Below are positions 18,110 through 26,675 of a stretch of DNA of 64,000 nt, in pieces (position 1 is the first letter of the stretch; every line of letters starts with the position of its first letter). The stretch covers positions 3,405 through 67,404 of the IMG/VR virus record IMGVR_UViG_3300015371_000025; one strand, written 5' to 3'. The position numbers and the translations under genes were made by a program. The notes beneath the pieces were generated by a model. The model saw nothing but the letters and a program-made list of their open reading frames with translations. It made no database searches and was not told where the DNA came from. This DNA comes from a virus.

Positions 18110-18408
18110 TGAACTACACCGTCATCCTGCGGGACTACAGCGAGCACCGCTGGGGCTCAACTCGCGTGGTGGTCGAGAGCGGCGAGACCGCCTACGACGC
18201 GGCGCAGTACGCCGAGATCACCATCGCGACCGAGACCTTCGGCAAGCTCTGGCCCGGCGTCGATCCCATCGACGGCAATCACGACGACGACTGGATGTCC
18301 TGCATGGATTCCGTGGGCGTCGTGGCCGTCATCGAGGGCACGCCCAAGACGTACTACGAGGACGCGATCACCGAGAACGATCTGTCCGAGTGGATCGTCA
18401 ACGCCTAA
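18109..18408 (+). CDS. Acidic hypothetical protein
   Basis: TAGTG overlap; ends in repeat TAA. Confidence 0.75.
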   Translation: MNYTVILRDYSEHRWGSTRVVVESGETAYDAAQYAEITIATETFGKLWPGVDPIDGNHDDDWMSCMDSVGVVAVIEGTPKTYYEDAITENDLSEWIVNA

Positions 18409-18444
18409 ATAGACACGGTTCTACAGAGAGGTAAACTACATCCC

Positions 18445-18717
18445 ATGAGCTACTCCATCATCACCTACAAGAGCAAGAACGTCGGCAACGGCCCGATGCG
18501 CGAGGTCAAGCGCGAGCGCGTCGCCACCATCGAGGAGGCCCGCGACGAGGCCACCGCCATCGTTCAGGACGCGATGGACTCGTTCAGCGAGGACCGCGAC
18601 GTGCTCCGTCGCTACGGCTTCCTCGCCTGCGAGGAGGCGGCGCTCGACGCGTCCGAGGACGGGGCCATGATCCTCCTCCCGAACGCCTACGTAATCCACA
18701 TCTCGGTCGCCGACTGA
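18445..18717 (+). CDS. Hypothetical protein, paralog family (RVATIEEAR)
   Basis: Leaderless ATG of repeat 18406. Confidence 0.8.
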   Translation: MSYSIITYKSKNVGNGPMREVKRERVATIEEARDEATAIVQDAMDSFSEDRDVLRRYGFLACEEAALDASEDGAMILLPNAYVIHISVAD

Positions 18718-18926
18718 TGTGCTTCTGCAAGCACGGCCACGACGACGGGCTCTGGGAGGGCGGTCCCTGCGCGAACGAGGAGACCGCCAAGCTCTTCGGC
18801 AAGCTCTGCGCTGAACGAGGCATCGAGCCCGACTCCGACACGCCCGAGGCCGACGCCGCCTACGAGGAGGCGTCCGAGCGGGTCGAGGCCCGCAAGGTGC
18901 GCCAGGACAGCATCCGCTTCGAGTAA
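18717..18926 (+). CDS. Hypothetical protein
   Basis: TGATG overlap; ends in repeat TAA. Confidence 0.72.
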   Translation: MCFCKHGHDDGLWEGGPCANEETAKLFGKLCAERGIEPDSDTPEADAAYEEASERVEARKVRQDSIRFE

Positions 18927-18961
18927 TAGACACGAACCTACAGAGAGGTAAACTTCCCATC

Positions 18962-19336
18962 ATGAACAAGACGATCAACATCGCACCGGCGCCGCACGTC
19001 ATTCAGACGGCGCTCAAGGACGCGGGCATCCCGCTCCAGTACAACGACGACCACACGGTCACCATCGACAGCCACGGCACCGGCTGGGACTCCAACGGCC
19101 ACATCTCGATGTCCGAGGACTCGGCTCTGGTCCCGATCATCCAGGGCGCCGTCACGCTCGCGATGGAGCGCTACTTCGAGCGCACGATGGTGCTCCCGAG
19201 CAACATCCGCGCGATCAACGAGGTCGCCGACGAGCTGGTCAACCTGCGCCACGCGGGTCGCTCGGAGGACTCCGAGTGGATCGACGAGATGATCGAGCGC
19301 CTCCACAGCGTCGCGATCAACCTGGAGCCCCGATGA
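18962..19336 (+). CDS. Hypothetical early protein
   Basis: Leaderless ATG of repeat 18924. Confidence 0.8.
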   Translation: MNKTINIAPAPHVIQTALKDAGIPLQYNDDHTVTIDSHGTGWDSNGHISMSEDSALVPIIQGAVTLAMERYFERTMVLPSNIRAINEVADELVNLRHAGRSEDSEWIDEMIERLHSVAINLEPR

Positions 19337-19590
19337 CCTACAACCTGGAGCCCGGCGCCATCCGGGACGTGCTCGACCTGCTGCGCGGCCGGATCGAGCG
19401 CAACGTCAACCTAATCGACGAGCTGAACGCCGCGAACCACAACGCGATCGTGGACGGCGACGTGCTGCACGCGATGTCGCTGCACCAGCAGGCTTCCCGC
19501 TTGCAGGGCGAGGTCGACGCCTACGGCTACGCCGTAGCCGCCATCGAGACGCGCACGCGCGTCGGCATGGAAAAGGTGGACCAGCGATGA
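19333..19590 (+). CDS. Hypothetical protein
   Basis: ATGA overlap. Confidence 0.72.
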   Translation: MTYNLEPGAIRDVLDLLRGRIERNVNLIDELNAANHNAIVDGDVLHAMSLHQQASRLQGEVDAYGYAVAAIETRTRVGMEKVDQR

Positions 19591-19790
19591 GCCAGCTCTC
19601 ACAGAACGAGATCGACCGCCTGTTCCGTGCGTCGGCTCTGCGCTCATACGCCCGGCGCGAGGCCACCTACCAGGCCGAGCGCGACCGCATCCTGGGCAGC
19701 ACACACCGCTGGGCTGTCCTGGCTTGCGGCACGGCCGCAGCGATGGTCATCCTGGCCTTCCTGCTCCTGCTCACCGTGGTGACCCGCTGA
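19587..19790 (+). CDS. Small membrane protein
   Basis: ATGA overlap; C-terminal hydrophobic helix. Confidence 0.7.
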   Translation: MSQLSQNEIDRLFRASALRSYARREATYQAERDRILGSTHRWAVLACGTAAAMVILAFLLLLTVVTR

Positions 19791-20017
19791 TGCCCGAGTA
19801 CAGCGAGTGCCGGGCCGACGAAGTGAACATCGATGACCTCATCGATCTGGAGAACGACGAGTTCGCCGACCCCGAGGACCGGCGGCACATCTTCCCCTAC
19901 GAGCACGCCCGCGTGATCGGCTTCGAGCGCGAGACGGAGGACTGCATCCGCATCGACTTCGACAACACGTCGATCGGCTTCCCCGTCGCACACATGCTCC
20001 GTCGATTCGACGGCTAA
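19790..20017 (+). CDS. Acidic hypothetical protein (possible SH3-like fold)
   Basis: TGATG overlap. Confidence 0.72.
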   Translation: MPEYSECRADEVNIDDLIDLENDEFADPEDRRHIFPYEHARVIGFERETEDCIRIDFDNTSIGFPVAHMLRRFDG

Positions 20018-20095
20018 CACCTACAAACGAATAATAGACACGGTTGACCAGTACGGTATACTGTGTCTACAGTTCACCCAGAACGAAAGGATCCC

Positions 20096-20392
20096 ATGCA
20101 CTACTCAATCGAACGGCGTCATCTGGAGAGCGGTCTCTGCGAGGACGTTTGCTACGTGCCCGGCCACACGCTCGGCAACGGCTGGACGCGCCACATCGTC
20201 GAGCTGGCCGAGGGCGACACGGCCGACAACCCGTGCTCGACCAAGGGGCCGATCTACGGCCCGGCGTTCGTCACCTACGACTGCCACCGCTCCGGCATCA
20301 CGGTCCACGTCGACAACAACGCGGGCGAGTTCTACGACGCGCTCTACGAGACTCGCAAGCAGCGCGAACAGATGATGGCCGATCGTGCCTAA
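20096..20392 (+). CDS. Hypothetical protein
   Basis: Leadered promoter at 20032, GAAAGGA SD. Confidence 0.75.
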   Translation: MHYSIERRHLESGLCEDVCYVPGHTLGNGWTRHIVELAEGDTADNPCSTKGPIYGPAFVTYDCHRSGITVHVDNNAGEFYDALYETRKQREQMMADRA

Positions 20393-20621
20393 CGAGCTTG
20401 CGCAGCAGTTCATCGACGCCGCGCCGACACCGTTCGTGGCCGCCTGCGAGTTCATGAGTTCGCTCATGGCAGGCGATCCGGCGACGTTCAAGGTCGGCTA
20501 CTCGGCTGACAACGCCTACCTGGCGACGCGCGAGTGCTTCGACGACGCGCTCGACAACGACCAGTGGCGCGCAATCGCCGAGCTTCACCACGTTTCGCAT
20601 CGGACAAGGGAGATGGCATGA
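20385..20621 (+). CDS. Hypothetical protein
   Basis: Overlapping operon gene. Confidence 0.68.
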   Translation: MPNELAQQFIDAAPTPFVAACEFMSSLMAGDPATFKVGYSADNAYLATRECFDDALDNDQWRAIAELHHVSHRTREMA

Positions 20622-20851
20622 GCGGTTGGCCGACCATTCACATCACAGCAAGCCAGATGGTCGCGCTCGGCAGACTCGTAGGGGGCACCTTTGATCACGG
20701 CGGCTCAACCGCTCAACTGGTCGAGCCCGAGCACGAGCTTGGCGGCGCATTCATGGGCCGCTGGGAAGTTCAACTCGCACCTGACGGCGACCTGCGTCTG
20801 CGCGACGTGGAGCGCGACTTCTACATCACTCCGGGAGGGAGCATCCGATGA
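20618..20851 (+). CDS. Hypothetical protein
   Basis: ATGA overlap, GGGAG SD. Confidence 0.68.
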   Translation: MSGWPTIHITASQMVALGRLVGGTFDHGGSTAQLVEPEHELGGAFMGRWEVQLAPDGDLRLRDVERDFYITPGGSIR

Positions 20852-21183
20852 GCAACACGTACGAGAGCATCAGCGCCGAGGACTTCGACGCGCTCGCTCG
20901 GGAGATGGGCGTCATCACCCGGCGAGGCATGCGCAAACTCACTGACGCGGGCCGCGCTGCGGTGGCGCACGTCCTGCGCGATCTCGACGACGAGGAGCGC
21001 TACAGCATCGTCCTCATGAGCAGCAACGGCCGCTGGGACTGGCACATGGTCGACGGCACGACCCGCGTGTGGCACTTCACCGAGGACGGCGAGGTGTCAT
21101 GGAACATGCTGCCCGATCGCGTCGAGAACAGCGTGCTGCACAACGCCTACGATCTCGGCTTCAAGGAAGGGCCGCACCTGTGA
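20848..21183 (+). CDS. Hypothetical protein
   Basis: ATGA overlap, GGAG SD. Confidence 0.75.
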   Translation: MSNTYESISAEDFDALAREMGVITRRGMRKLTDAGRAAVAHVLRDLDDEERYSIVLMSSNGRWDWHMVDGTTRVWHFTEDGEVSWNMLPDRVENSVLHNAYDLGFKEGPHL

Positions 21184-21722
21184 GCAAGCGCAGTGGAAAC
21201 CCCGCCAAGGCGGCGTGGGATCCGATCCAGGTCGGCCCTGCTCGGCGCGAGGGCGCGTTCGGCATGTCCGGCGCGTTCTACGAGACCGAGGGGCGCAAGC
21301 ACCACTACAGCTACAGGGACCCACAGCGCGCAACCGCGTGCCTGGCGTTCTTCAACCGGCTCTACAACGGATTCGCTCTCGTCTTCGAGGACGAGTCCAT
21401 GCACCTCAGCTTCAAGCGCAACGACCGCGCTGCCGTCCGTGACTGGCGCCATTTCCAGGCGATCAAGAACGAGGTGGCCGGTCCCGATCGCGAGGCGATC
21501 GAGATCTATCCGCCCGAGTGGAACCTGATGGACTCGGCAAACGAGTACCACCTCTTCGTCCTGCCGCCCGGCATGGGCTCTCCGATGGGCCTTGAGGGCA
21601 CCGGCGGGGTGGGAGAGGCTGCGAACAACCACGACCACGCTTCGTACCGCCAGGGCGGCGCGAGCGGCTATCAACAGCGCGACTGGGAGCCCGGCATTCC
21701 GACCGGGCTCGGCAAGAAATAG
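21180..21722 (+). CDS. Conserved phage protein (DUF7694-like; DWRHFQAIKNEVAGPDREAIEIYP...ANEYHL)
   Basis: GTGA overlap; recognisable motif; stop is the TAG of the repeat. Confidence 0.78.
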   Translation: MSKRSGNPAKAAWDPIQVGPARREGAFGMSGAFYETEGRKHHYSYRDPQRATACLAFFNRLYNGFALVFEDESMHLSFKRNDRAAVRDWRHFQAIKNEVAGPDREAIEIYPPEWNLMDSANEYHLFVLPPGMGSPMGLEGTGGVGEAANNHDHASYRQGGASGYQQRDWEPGIPTGLGKK

Positions 21723-21754
21723 ACACCAACCTACAGAGAGGTAATATACATCCC

Positions 21755-21949
21755 ATGAACACCAACTACGACACACTCGACGACCTACAGGGCGAGGCCC
21801 AGGCCCACATCGACAGCCTGCGCAGCCTGCACGAGCGCATCCAGGCGCTCCAGAACGACGACTCCGACGAGGCGAACGAGCAGCTCATCGAGAACCTCGA
21901 AGTCGCCATCGGCGACGTGGAAACCGCGCTCATGGACATCGTGCCGTGA
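21755..21949 (+). CDS. Small acidic helical protein
   Basis: Leaderless ATG of repeat 21717. Confidence 0.78.
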   Translation: MNTNYDTLDDLQGEAQAHIDSLRSLHERIQALQNDDSDEANEQLIENLEVAIGDVETALMDIVP

Positions 21950-22176
21950 GCTTCTGGGTCGTAGGCATCACCGAGACCTGCGAGCGACTCGCCATCTGCG
22001 GAACGCAAAAGCGGGCCGAGCGGTTCTGCGGCGAGCTGCCCAACGTCGAACAGGGCATCTACTACATCGATGGCCCCTGCCACGACACAATCGTGCTGGC
22101 AGGAGTGCCCGTCGATGAGATGCCCGAAGAGGACGACTTCGCCGACCAGGAGGACGATACATGGAGGCACCGATGA
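21946..22176 (+). CDS. Hypothetical protein
   Basis: GTGA overlap. Confidence 0.68.
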   Translation: MSFWVVGITETCERLAICGTQKRAERFCGELPNVEQGIYYIDGPCHDTIVLAGVPVDEMPEEDDFADQEDDTWRHR

Positions 22177-22466
22177 CCGTCACGATCGACGACAAGCTCC
22201 GCGCAAGGGTCCTCGAGATCTGCGAGGAGCAGTACCTCAGCGAGCCCGACTCGGAGTCCGGCTGGGACGATGATCAGGAGCCCGAGCGCTACCTGATGTT
22301 CGAGCGCGGCCACTACGGACAGACGTGGCTCACGTGGCACTCGTCGCGCTCGATGGCGGCGCACTACTCGCTCCATCAGGAGTACGCCGAGGACTGGCAG
22401 GCCATCTGCCTGCTCGACACCGAGACCGACGCCGTGCTCATCCCGCAAGACATCATCTGGGGGTAG
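22173..22466 (+). CDS. Acidic hypothetical protein
   Basis: ATGA overlap, GGAGG SD. Confidence 0.75.
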   Translation: MTVTIDDKLRARVLEICEEQYLSEPDSESGWDDDQEPERYLMFERGHYGQTWLTWHSSRSMAAHYSLHQEYAEDWQAICLLDTETDAVLIPQDIIWG

Positions 22467-22468
22467 AC

Positions 22469-22846
22469 ATGACCAAGACGTTCAACGAGCGCAAGCGCGG
22501 CGAGGAGCTGCTCAGCAACACGCCCATGAAGCGTGAGGGCTGGAACGAGCAGCGCGAGCGCGAGGAGGCCCATCGGGCGCTGCCCCAGGAGGAGCAGCCC
22601 TACATGGTGATCTTCATGGGTATGCTCGACTACGCCGTCCTCTGGATCGGCGAGCCGGGTGGGTCCGAGGAGGACGCCAAGGCCGAGATGCAGCGGTGGG
22701 CGAGCGAGATGGAGCGCGAGAACTTCTGGCTCCTGCCCTTCACGCAGAACCCGCATCCGGGCGACCTCCAGGTTCGCCAGCAGTGGAGCCTGGACTCGCT
22801 CGTGGCCGCTATCCAGCGGTCGTACCCACAGCCCCACAACTTCTAA
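22469..22846 (+). CDS. Hypothetical protein
   Basis: Follows the upstream stop; ends at promoter 22844. Confidence 0.75.
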   Translation: MTKTFNERKRGEELLSNTPMKREGWNEQREREEAHRALPQEEQPYMVIFMGMLDYAVLWIGEPGGSEEDAKAEMQRWASEMERENFWLLPFTQNPHPGDLQVRQQWSLDSLVAAIQRSYPQPHNF

Positions 22847-22906
22847 GTAGACATCCGGGCCACATCTGCTACAGTGTGGCCTTCAACCAACACAAGGAGG
22901 TACAAG

Positions 22907-23455
22907 ATGGCACGTACGTACAAGATGAGGAAGTTCAACAACGGGCAAACGAAGGACGGTCAGCCGTTCGTCAACTACAGCCTGACGCTTCCGACGCCGC
23001 TGGCCCAGAAGCTCGAGGAGCAGTTCGGCACCGAGATCAGCTTCGAGATCGATCTCACCGGCGAGGGCATCCTCTACCGGCCGGTCGAGGTCGAGGCCGA
23101 GGTCCCGGCCGAGCTGCCGTTCACGCCGCAGAAGCGCTCTGCCGCGCCGAAGACCAACGGTGCATCGGCCGAGAAGCCCGCTGCCAAGCCCCGTGGTCGC
23201 AAGGCCGCCGAGCCCAAGGCGGCCGACAAGCCGAAGGTCGCTCCCAAGGCGGCCACGGGCAAGGCCAAGCCTGCCGCGAAGCCCGCCGCGCCGAAGGCGC
23301 CCGCTGCCAAGGCGGCGGCTCCGAAGGCTCCGGCCGCTCCGAAGGCGTCGACCGGCCGGGCCAAGCCCGCTGCCCCGAAGGCACCGGCGGCTCCCAAGGC
23401 CGCCAAGCCCGCCGCTCCCCGCGCGCCCAAGCCGCGCGCCAAGGCGACCGCGTAG
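22907..23455 (+). CDS. AbrB/MazE-like DNA-binding domain fused to a histone H1-like Ala/Lys/Pro tail
   Basis: AAGGAGG SD; YSLTLPTPLAQKL...FEIDLTGEGILYRPV resembles the swapped-hairpin signature; ~100 aa of PKAPAA/KPAA repeats. Confidence 0.72.
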   Translation: MARTYKMRKFNNGQTKDGQPFVNYSLTLPTPLAQKLEEQFGTEISFEIDLTGEGILYRPVEVEAEVPAELPFTPQKRSAAPKTNGASAEKPAAKPRGRKAAEPKAADKPKVAPKAATGKAKPAAKPAAPKAPAAKAAAPKAPAAPKASTGRAKPAAPKAPAAPKAAKPAAPRAPKPRAKATA

Positions 23456-23573
23456 CATCAAGCTCGATCGGGCCAGTCAGCGGCATGGTGCCGGGGGAGA
23501 TCCCCGGACAGAAGCGGCTCGCGAGAGCCCGTTGACTGTGAAACACCGCAGACATCTGTAGGCCCGTCGTACA

Positions 23574-23601
23574 GAGAGGGCCGCCTTCGGGTGGCCCTCT
23601 C
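23574..23601 (+). terminator. Strong UUCG hairpin (terminator or structured leader)
   Basis: GAGAGGGCCGCC-TTCG-GGTGGCCCTCTC; no U-tract. Confidence 0.45.
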
Positions 23602-23688
23602 GCATGTTCGAGGTCGAACGTGCGCTCAAGCTCGAGCCCTCTAGGGCCGATGCATTCCATGCAACCCAACGGAAGGAAAGCCACAACC

Positions 23689-24699
23689 ATGAGGAAGATC
23701 ACCGCCGTACTGGCGGGCGCCATCGCGTCGCTCGCGTTTGCAGGGTCGGCTCACGCCGCGACGGTCCCCGTCAACTCGCTCACCGGCGCGTTCTCGGGCA
23801 GCAACTCGACGGTCCACAGCACGCCCGAGGGCGTCCACTTCGGCACCTATGCCGATGGCGGTGCGCTCGGCGGCTCCGTCACCTACTCGGGCATGAACGG
23901 TAAGACGCTCGCCGACGTGACCGATTTCAGCTACACGTTCACGTACCGCGAGGCGGGCGTGACCACGGGTGCGGCTCCGTACGCCCGCATCTTCCTGGAC
24001 GCCGATGGCGATGGCGCCGTCGACAACGACGTGATCCTGGATCCGTCCTTCTGCGCGACGGTCCGCCCGGCGATCAGCACGGACCTCACCTACCAGATGG
24101 TCGGCAACTCGGTCCGCTACAGCGACGACGGCTGCGACGGCGTGGCCCCGGACCAGCAGGACTGGGCCGATGTCGTGGCTGCTCACGGCGACGAGGCCAT
24201 CGTCGGCCTGCTCGTCTCGCAGGGCAACTCGACCGGCACGGACGTGTCGGCGCTGCTCCGCAACATCACGGTGAACGGCACGACGTTCGCGTTCAACGTG
24301 CCGCCCGCTCAGGGTCCGCAGGGTCCTGCTGGCAACAACGGCACGAACGGCGTCAACGGCACGAACGGTGCTCAGGGCGCTGCCGGTCTCCCCGGCGCTG
24401 CTGGCGAGACCCGCATCATCCGCGAGCAGGTCATCGTGACGGTCCCGCAGCCGCAGACCTGCACCAGCGGCGTCCGCGTCCTGCACGCCTCGAGCCGCAA
24501 GGGCGCGAAGTTCCTGTCGGCCAAGGCCACGCTGCGCGGCAAGGCGCTGTCCGTCAAGGGCCGCACCATCACGGTGAAGCTCGCCGGTCAGACCGAGGGC
24601 AACTTCAACGTGCGCATCACGTCGAAGTACCGCTCGAACAAGACCCACAAGGTCTTCACCCGGTCCGAGACGCGCAACCTGAGCGTTGCCTGCTCGTAG
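23689..24699 (+). CDS. Secreted/surface protein with short collagen-like G-X-Y repeat
   Basis: Signal peptide MRKITAVLAGAIASLAFAGSAHA; GPQGPAGNNGTNGVNGTNGAQGAAGLPGAAGE; basic beta-rich C-terminal domain. Confidence 0.8.
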   Translation: MRKITAVLAGAIASLAFAGSAHAATVPVNSLTGAFSGSNSTVHSTPEGVHFGTYADGGALGGSVTYSGMNGKTLADVTDFSYTFTYREAGVTTGAAPYARIFLDADGDGAVDNDVILDPSFCATVRPAISTDLTYQMVGNSVRYSDDGCDGVAPDQQDWADVVAAHGDEAIVGLLVSQGNSTGTDVSALLRNITVNGTTFAFNVPPAQGPQGPAGNNGTNGVNGTNGAQGAAGLPGAAGETRIIREQVIVTVPQPQTCTSGVRVLHASSRKGAKFLSAKATLRGKALSVKGRTITVKLAGQTEGNFNVRITSKYRSNKTHKVFTRSETRNLSVACS

Positions 24700-24822
24700 G
24701 TAGGGGCATGTAGTACCCCCGGCGCCGGGAGGGCCGTCGGGTAAATAGAGGGAACGGCGAGGGCCAGCTATCATAGCTGGCCCTCAGTCGTTTCTACTAC
24801 AAACTTCTACCGAGAGGCAAAC

Positions 24823-25236
24823 ATGAGCAGCAAGCACCACAAGTGGGTGGAGTTCGAGGGCGACATGTGGACGCTCCGAGCTGTGCTCTGCGAGAGGCTG
24901 CGTTACGACGACGAAGGCGAGCGGATGGACATCTGGATGTGGTTCGCTTCGCTGGGTCAGGACGAGTGGTTCGCCCACGCCGTCTCAAGCGATGTCGGCC
25001 CGAAGGCGCGCGAGACCATCTTCGCCAGCATCGACGGCGAGGAGATGGACGTGATGCTGGCCTACGCAGGCGAGCCCTGGGAGACCATCATCGAGGAGCC
25101 GGTCGGCGTCGGCAACATGCACCGCGCCGTCGTCAACGCAATCAACCCCGGCCTGATGTCCGACCTCAAGCGGATGTCGCGGTCGGAGATCGTGTCCCTT
25201 AGATCCATCGAGGAGGGTGGACTCAGCTTCATGTAG
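24823..25236 (+). CDS. Hypothetical protein
   Basis: GAGG SD, typical codon usage. Confidence 0.75.
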   Translation: MSSKHHKWVEFEGDMWTLRAVLCERLRYDDEGERMDIWMWFASLGQDEWFAHAVSSDVGPKARETIFASIDGEEMDVMLAYAGEPWETIIEEPVGVGNMHRAVVNAINPGLMSDLKRMSRSEIVSLRSIEEGGLSFM

Positions 25237-25252
25237 CTGATAAAATCGCATC

Positions 25253-26254
25253 ATGGCAAACAATAAAGGTTACCAACCGTACAAGCCGCACGGCAAGAAC
25301 GCAGCCTGGCTGCGTGCCGCCGAGCACATCATCTACCAGTACAAGGACAACTGGCCGCTGACCGCGCGCCAGATCTTCTACCGCATGGTCGCGTCGGTCA
25401 ACTACCCGAAGACCGAGACGGCGTATAAGGCGCTCGCTGCGATGCTGGCCAAGGCCCGGCGCGCATCGCTGGTCCAGAACGGCACCGAGGTCCACATCCC
25501 GTTCAACGCCATCCGCGACGACACCATGCGGATCGTCGAGGTCACGAGCTTCGACGGCACCAAGGACTTCATGCAGTCTGTAGTCCAGTGGAGCAAGGGC
25601 TTCATGCTCGACCGGCAGATCGGTCAGGAGCAGGTCATCGAGGCGTGGTGCGAGGCCGGAGGCATGGTGCCGATCCTGGCCGACCTGGCGTTCCCCTTCG
25701 GGATCCGGGTCAACTCCAACGGTGGCTACGACTCCGTGACCTCGAAGCACAAGCTCGCCGATCGCGTCGTCAAGCGGGCTCGCGAGCAGAGGCGGCCGAC
25801 GATCGTCCTGCACGTGGGCGACTTCGACCCCTCGGGCGAGAACATGTGCAACGTGTTGCACGAGGACGTTCTGACGATGGTCTGCCAGCGCCTCTGCTCC
25901 GGCAAGGAGAAGATGAGCTGGTCGGAGGCGAGCGAGATGTTCTCCGTCGAGCGCGTGGCTCTCACGGCCCGCCAGGTCATCGAGTACAACGTCATCACGG
26001 CGCCGCCCAAGCCGAGCGACTCGCGCATGGAGGGCTTCCTCGAGCAGAACTGGGAGCTGGTCGACGAACTCGGCACGGAGGACATCTCGGCACAGCTCGA
26101 GGCCCTCACACCGCCGCAGCTCGAGGCCCTGCTGACGGACACCATCGAGGGCCATCTCGATCGCGACATGTACGACGAGACCCTGCGGCGCGAGGCCAAG
26201 CTGCGCGACGAACTCGTGAAGCGCATGGAGGCCGAAGTCGAGCGCGCGCAGTAA
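25253..26254 (+). CDS. Topo VI-A/Spo11/JetD-like winged-helix + Toprim domain protein
   Basis: LTARQIFYRM, EAWCEA, LHVGDFDPSG, VERVALT, QLEAL motifs. Confidence 0.78.
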   Translation: MANNKGYQPYKPHGKNAAWLRAAEHIIYQYKDNWPLTARQIFYRMVASVNYPKTETAYKALAAMLAKARRASLVQNGTEVHIPFNAIRDDTMRIVEVTSFDGTKDFMQSVVQWSKGFMLDRQIGQEQVIEAWCEAGGMVPILADLAFPFGIRVNSNGGYDSVTSKHKLADRVVKRAREQRRPTIVLHVGDFDPSGENMCNVLHEDVLTMVCQRLCSGKEKMSWSEASEMFSVERVALTARQVIEYNVITAPPKPSDSRMEGFLEQNWELVDELGTEDISAQLEALTPPQLEALLTDTIEGHLDRDMYDETLRREAKLRDELVKRMEAEVERAQ

Positions 26255-26312
26255 TCGACACATGACAACTGTTGGTATACACTGGAGGTACCAGAACGAA
26301 GGAGGGACCTAA

Positions 26313-26660
26313 ATGGCCCCAGCTCGACATCCGGGTCGCAGAAGGCCCACACCTCAGCGCAACATCAGCGCCGCCGAACGAGAGATCAGAGCAGCACAGC
26401 AGAAGAGGCTCGAAGCCGAAGCGGCGCTCGAGGCGAAGGTGTCCGAGCTGGCTCATCTGATCGACCACCACATGAAGGATGGCGTGGGCACGACCGAGAT
26501 CGGAACGTGGCTCGTCAGCCCTCGCAAGCCCAAGGGCGTGACCAGGCAGCAGGTGTATAAGCTCGTCGCCGAGCGCGTGGACCACAAGGACATGCGCTCG
26601 CCGAAGCCTGCTGACTCGAACGGCCGCCCTAGGCCCAGGCCCCAGAGGAACCCAGAATGA
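26313..26660 (+). CDS. Putative HTH DNA-binding protein
   Basis: GGAGG SD; TTEIGTWL...GVTRQQVYKLV. Confidence 0.62.
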   Translation: MAPARHPGRRRPTPQRNISAAEREIRAAQQKRLEAEAALEAKVSELAHLIDHHMKDGVGTTEIGTWLVSPRKPKGVTRQQVYKLVAERVDHKDMRSPKPADSNGRPRPRPQRNPE

Positions 26661-26675
26661 CAGGAGTGTCTACAC

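Noticed and set aside
4246-18962. CRISPR array interpretation of the ~39-bp repeats
   Set aside because: The intervening sequences are 150-1500-bp intact ORFs of variable length, and the repeats are degenerate with promoter geometry. No cas1/cas2 is present, and the Cas4-like gene sits in the replication module as is usual for phages.
4246-18962. Classical integron with attC sites
   Set aside because: The elements lack RYYYAAC/GTTRRRY ends and hairpin symmetry, each carries its own promoter, and no tyrosine integrase is in the window.
86-22000. Many minus-strand ORFs containing MSIY/VSIY/CLF/PLCR peptides
   Set aside because: These peptides are translations of the reverse complement of the repeat; the ORFs are shadows of plus-strand genes.
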